NCBI GenBank assembly: GCA_964019425.1
Contig: OZ025782.1
Coordinates: forward strand, 124,001-188,000
Direction of reading: 5' to 3'
Length of the DNA stretch: 64,000 bases
From: Flectonema sp. DT1601
Lineage: Eukaryota
A program made the position numbers and the translations under genes. Below are positions 59,822 to 64,000 of the stretch, in pieces (position 1 is the first letter of the stretch; each line of letters begins with the position of its first letter). Below the pieces are notes generated by a model, which did not search any database, had not been told where the DNA came from, and saw only the letters and a program-made list of their open reading frames with translations.

Positions 59822-62800
59822 TCAACCCAACGTGAAGGGTTTCAACGTTTCAAGAAACTTCCTACCAACAGGAATAACGTGACCATCATTATGATGAAGA
59901 ACTGCAGAAGGTTGGAGAGATGATTCTATATTTGTGATAACGTTTGAAAGACTTTCAGATGGATCATAAATAAGGATAACATCCTGATCTTCATCCTTTA
60001 CCAACGATGACTGCGGGATCACAACAGGTGAAAACAAAATAGCTTTTGGAACAGACTTGTACGTTTCAAGAACTGACAAAGCCATTGCACCCCCCTGAGA
60101 GAATCCAACTACCGCCTCAAATGGTTCATATTTATTAAAAATATCATCAATCAAGTTTTTACTATCACGGATACCGGATAGACCATTCCAACCAGTTTCA
60201 TTCGTTATGTCTGAGGGAGTATAAAACCATTCAAACAACTCTTCCGTAACTGGGATATTCGCATCTCCATTCCCCCTAGCCTTACACGGAGCATTCACTA
60301 ATATAAGAGAGGTGTCTGAGCCGAATAATCTGCTTTCAGAAGAGACGTACTTTTGAAGCCTTTGGATCATAAGATGTGAGTTACTTCTGTATCCATGTAA
60401 GCATAGTATCCGATTTCTTGAGGTTGGGATGTCACTTCTGTTTGAATTACTATTATAGACCGTCACATCATTACTTGAAAATTTTTTCTTCTCAACGTTA
60501 CTTGATAAAAGTATAGCCAAATCAAGAAGAGTAGTTTCATCAGAAAGTGGAGGTACTTGCTTTACACCAAACACAGTTCTAATTGTATGCGCGAATTGCA
60601 ACTGAGCCAACGAATCAAATCCTAAGAAAATCAAACTACTCTTGTCGGTTATTTCACTCGGAGATAACCCTCTTCGTACTGCCGCATGCTCTTTTAACAG
60701 CAGCAATGCTTCTTCTGTTGTTTTAGTGTTGGTTTTGTTAGTAGACTTTGATTCTTCAGTTGTATCCGAAACAGTGATTGAAGCATTGCTGTTGTCTGTA
60801 ATGAGACGTGATGTTAGATCGTCGTTGTTGTAGAACTCTGTTTGAATCCCATCAATGAAATTTATTGTTCTACCAGAATCGCGAATAGTTTCAACTATCA
60901 GAAGTAGTTTCTTCATGGCAATCATTAAAGTCAGATCATCTGACTTCTCATTTTGACAACAACAAAATATCCTAATGCCATTTACAGAAATATTTTCATT
61001 TTTCAAAGATCTTTGTAGGTAGTCGACAGCATCTTGAACAGCTTTAACATTCGTCACCACCATCACAACTGTAGTACTAAAGTCAAGTGGTGCTTCACTT
61101 ATGCAATATTCGTTAGATACGTCTCCAACATTTTGTATTATTTTGTTAGTTAAGTCAGACGCAATGTTGTCATCATTTTTAAGTAAAACACAACTATCAG
61201 TAGTGTGTTGTTGAACCTCATGATCTCCACTTGGACATGAGACTATAACTTTACCGATGTGCTTACCAGAGCTAAGTAATTGCATCGCTTGGGGTAGTTC
61301 TGAGATTGGAAAGACGTTCGTATTAAGTTCGGGTAAGTCACTAGCGGCTTCCCAGATTTCTGATAATAGTTTTGATCCCAAAGATTTGTTTTGAAGAAGA
61401 ACGTCAAGGTGACAACTGCAATACTGCTGTCCCATTGAAAACAGTGATAGATCCACATTAGTGTGTGATTCTTGATCACGTTTACCGAGTTCTAAGAATT
61501 TTCCGAATGGTTTCAACAATCCGATTGATTCCTTCATTGCTGTACCAGCTAAAGAGTTAACTACAGTAGAAACACCTTCTGGACATACAGAAGCAACACC
61601 TGTAACAAAGTGATGATAGTCACGGCTGTTGAAGATGTGTTGCTCTTTAACTCCAATAGAGATTAGATAATTCTTTTTAGTCTCCGTAGAAGTTGTGCAA
61701 ATTGGGATTCCACCTCTCCGTAAGACAAGATGAACACAAGCAAGTCCAACTCCACCAGCAGCACTGTGGATAAGAACGAAATCATTTTCTTGAACAGGTG
61801 CTAGCCAACAGAGACCAAGCCATGCTGTACCATAAGCAAGAGAAATAGTTGAAGCTTGGAGCTGTGGAAGATCACCAATAAGCATAGCGCAGTGTGAGGG
61901 TACAATCGCATGGGAACCAATACCATCACGGGCTAGACCAGCTACTTTGTCTCCAATTTTAAATTTATCAGATTTCGATTCGGTAACAATCCCAACACAT
62001 TCACCACCAACATCACCCAACCTCTTCATACCAAGCACACCTGATGCTAGTAATATATCAAGGAAGTTTAATGACCAGTAATCAACCTTAATCTTTATCT
62101 CATCATCAGTGCATTTATTTAATGTTGATATGGTCTTTGGTGTACTAGAGTATCCTCCACTTGGAATCTGAGATACTTTTATTTTAAACTCTCCGACTGG
62201 ATTCTCAATAGGTGTTGTCATCTCTTGTGATTTGCTTATTGGTTTTTCTATAAAAGTTTTAACGCCCAGTGAAGTGATGTAATACCATGTACTGTGTTGG
62301 TATTTCTCATTTATAATATTTTGAATCAGCTTCGACAAATCCACTACTATTTCACAATGAATAAATATAACGTCATCAATGAAACGGTTGAGATGGTCAG
62401 ATGGAGAAAAGTCATTCTTCACATCAATCAAAACATACAGTTTACTACTAGCTGTCCAGTATTTATGAATATCTGATATGGTTGAAGAGCTAATTTTTAT
62501 ACAATTAGACGGAGCAAACTCAATGAGTGAGTCTGTTGATGAAAATACAAAATTCTTTCTATCAGAAATCATCTGTTCATCCCTTGACAGTTCCTCAACA
62601 GTACTCAATTGCTGTTTATTTATTTGATACTTTCTCGCTTGGTTGTCAGTTGTTGGGGCGCATTCAAATCCCCTCATTGTAATTACCTCATGTGATCGTC
62701 CTTCCTTTTTGATTGAAAAGTCAACCTTCGTCGTACCATTAAACGCAAAAGGAGTTTTTTTAGCAAGAGTTATATACCTATTAACTGAATTGTTATTATC

Positions 62801-64000
62801 AATTAAATATTCAGGTGTGTGAACAACCATTTCTTGGATACCAATAGGGATACCACTGCACTGCAAAACTGATGATAATTGCGTGCAGCAGTCAAGAGCA
62901 GCAGCTGAAATAGGACCATTGCTATCAACATAGTCAACTATACTAGCTAAGAGTTCTGTGTTTGAGTTAACAATAACGTGATCAACTGCTTTAAATTCAC
63001 TAGTGTAGTGAAAGCCTTCGTTAGCAAGCAGTCTGTAGAGCTCTTCGTGTGACATCTTTGAAATTAGATTTGAAGCAGTGAAATTACTTTCAATCTGTTT
63101 CAAAGCTCCTAAGCGATCATCGTTAACACTCTTCTTGACATTTGAAGAAGTATACAGCTCAGCAGTGCAGTGTAATTTCTTGTTGTTTTTAACAGATGAA
63201 TGAATGCTAATGGTCGGTGGTGTTATCGATGTATCGATCTCACAGATTAATGATATCTGAGCATCGTTTTCTTTGTTATTCATCATCATCTCATAAGAAG
63301 GAATGTCTAATGCTTTTATAAAATTAATATTCCTCAAAGTAATGATGTCTGGAACTCTACCTCGATTCTTAAAATCAGAAATGACATCACAAAGCATGAC
63401 GTGTAACCAAAATGTTGCCGGTACGATCATTGATCCGTTGAATGTGTGCGATCGAAGATATGTCAATCCGCAGTGTTGCCAAGCATATGGATCATCTGTT
63501 CCGGGTAATTTCATTAAGTCTGAATGTTGTGGAGATAGGATGGAACTTGGCAGTGACAAAGCTCTTCCATACTTAACCCAGTCAATTATCTTTGTAACAC
63601 AAATAGTTGAATATTTACCAATAATGTTTGGAAGTAATTTCATAACAAAGTCAAGATCTTGAGTTCGATTTAAGAACATTTCTCCTTCCTCAGGTTTGAT
63701 GTTAAATCGTTCAGACATTCCAACTTCCCAACCTCCCCATTGAATTGAAATTACCAAAGCTGATGTTTTAGTAGTGTTTACGTGTTGCTTAGAATACGTG
63801 TCAATATAGCCGTTAGCTGCCGCATAGACACCCTGACCTGCCGGAGCGAATATCGAACTTGACGAACTACATAAGAATAAGTTAACTTGTTCATCACTTC
63901 CAAACACTGAAAGTAGATTTTGAACACCGTGAATCTTAGCAGCAACCTGTGATGTGAGTTTGTTGTTGTCTTGAGGGATGTTTTTAATAATTTGATCTGA
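59822..64000 (-). CDS. Type I polyketide/fatty acid synthase, 3' part: KR-DH-ER-ACP-FSH1-like hydrolase (5' end outside window)
   Basis: Frame is open to base 64000 (AAKIHGVQNL). KR SS...GQGVYAAAN..WGGW; DH H.FNG...VP and LDCCTQ; ER SLNFLD, LIHSAAGGVG; ACP LGFDSL; hydrolase LCLHGY, GFSQGG, GH.IP. Confidence 0.9.
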   Translation of the reverse strand, partial: SDQIIKNIPQDNNKLTSQVAAKIHGVQNLLSVFGSDEQVNLFLCSSSSSIFAPAGQGVYAAANGYIDTYSKQHVNTTKTSALVISIQWGGWEVGMSERFNIKPEEGEMFLNRTQDLDFVMKLLPNIIGKYSTICVTKIIDWVKYGRALSLPSSILSPQHSDLMKLPGTDDPYAWQHCGLTYLRSHTFNGSMIVPATFWLHVMLCDVISDFKNRGRVPDIITLRNINFIKALDIPSYEMMMNNKENDAQISLICEIDTSITPPTISIHSSVKNNKKLHCTAELYTSSNVKKSVNDDRLGALKQIESNFTASNLISKMSHEELYRLLANEGFHYTSEFKAVDHVIVNSNTELLASIVDYVDSNGPISAAALDCCTQLSSVLQCSGIPIGIQEMVVHTPEYLIDNNNSVNRYITLAKKTPFAFNGTTKVDFSIKKEGRSHEVITMRGFECAPTTDNQARKYQINKQQLSTVEELSRDEQMISDRKNFVFSSTDSLIEFAPSNCIKISSSTISDIHKYWTASSKLYVLIDVKNDFSPSDHLNRFIDDVIFIHCEIVVDLSKLIQNIINEKYQHSTWYYITSLGVKTFIEKPISKSQEMTTPIENPVGEFKIKVSQIPSGGYSSTPKTISTLNKCTDDEIKIKVDYWSLNFLDILLASGVLGMKRLGDVGGECVGIVTESKSDKFKIGDKVAGLARDGIGSHAIVPSHCAMLIGDLPQLQASTISLAYGTAWLGLCWLAPVQENDFVLIHSAAGGVGLACVHLVLRRGGIPICTTSTETKKNYLISIGVKEQHIFNSRDYHHFVTGVASVCPEGVSTVVNSLAGTAMKESIGLLKPFGKFLELGKRDQESHTNVDLSLFSMGQQYCSCHLDVLLQNKSLGSKLLSEIWEAASDLPELNTNVFPISELPQAMQLLSSGKHIGKVIVSCPSGDHEVQQHTTDSCVLLKNDDNIASDLTNKIIQNVGDVSNEYCISEAPLDFSTTVVMVVTNVKAVQDAVDYLQRSLKNENISVNGIRIFCCCQNEKSDDLTLMIAMKKLLLIVETIRDSGRTINFIDGIQTEFYNNDDLTSRLITDNSNASITVSDTTEESKSTNKTNTKTTEEALLLLKEHAAVRRGLSPSEITDKSSLIFLGFDSLAQLQFAHTIRTVFGVKQVPPLSDETTLLDLAILLSSNVEKKKFSSNDVTVYNSNSNRSDIPTSRNRILCLHGYRSNSHLMIQRLQKYVSSESRLFGSDTSLILVNAPCKARGNGDANIPVTEELFEWFYTPSDITNETGWNGLSGIRDSKNLIDDIFNKYEPFEAVVGFSQGGAMALSVLETYKSVPKAILFSPVVIPQSSLVKDEDQDVILIYDPSESLSNVITNIESSLQPSAVLHHNDGHVIPVGRKFLETLKPFTLG

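Overview
AT-rich eukaryotic nuclear DNA with 23 recognisable protein genes, all on the minus strand. Short GT-AG introns (mostly GTATG donors) occur in 10 genes, and AG acceptor-like sites lie just upstream of many start codons. This layout suggests a directional, polycistronic, trans-spliced gene cluster of the euglenozoan (diplonemid-like) kind, which is an inference. Contents in order: dual-acylated pseudokinase (partial), amino acid transporter, coilin-N-like protein, amastin/claudin-like tetraspan, and a gene-free gap holding an array of a covarying RNA hairpin plus a duplicated box C/D-like unit. Next comes an 8-member protein disulfide isomerase (PDI) cluster. Four copies are nearly identical from ATG to stop, none ends in KDEL/HDEL, one is catalytically degenerate, and one has a ~1.85 kb perfect (CAA)n running into its 3' splice site. 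A FYVE-RING gene, a MITE-like element and an EBP-like gene lie within the cluster. These are followed by a ~3267 aa kinesin with repeated CxxC motifs, an F-box-like plus archaeal-type kinase, a MAP2K-like kinase, a non-Zn-type ALAD (hemB), several hypothetical genes, and the 3' part of a type I PKS with KR-DH-ER-ACP-FSH1 order. Strongest novelty candidates: the hairpin array at 8.2-10.1 kb, A-rich cis acceptors versus pyrimidine-rich pre-ATG acceptors, the ORF-bounded PDI homogenisation and the (CAA)n intron. All calls are by eye; no searches were run.
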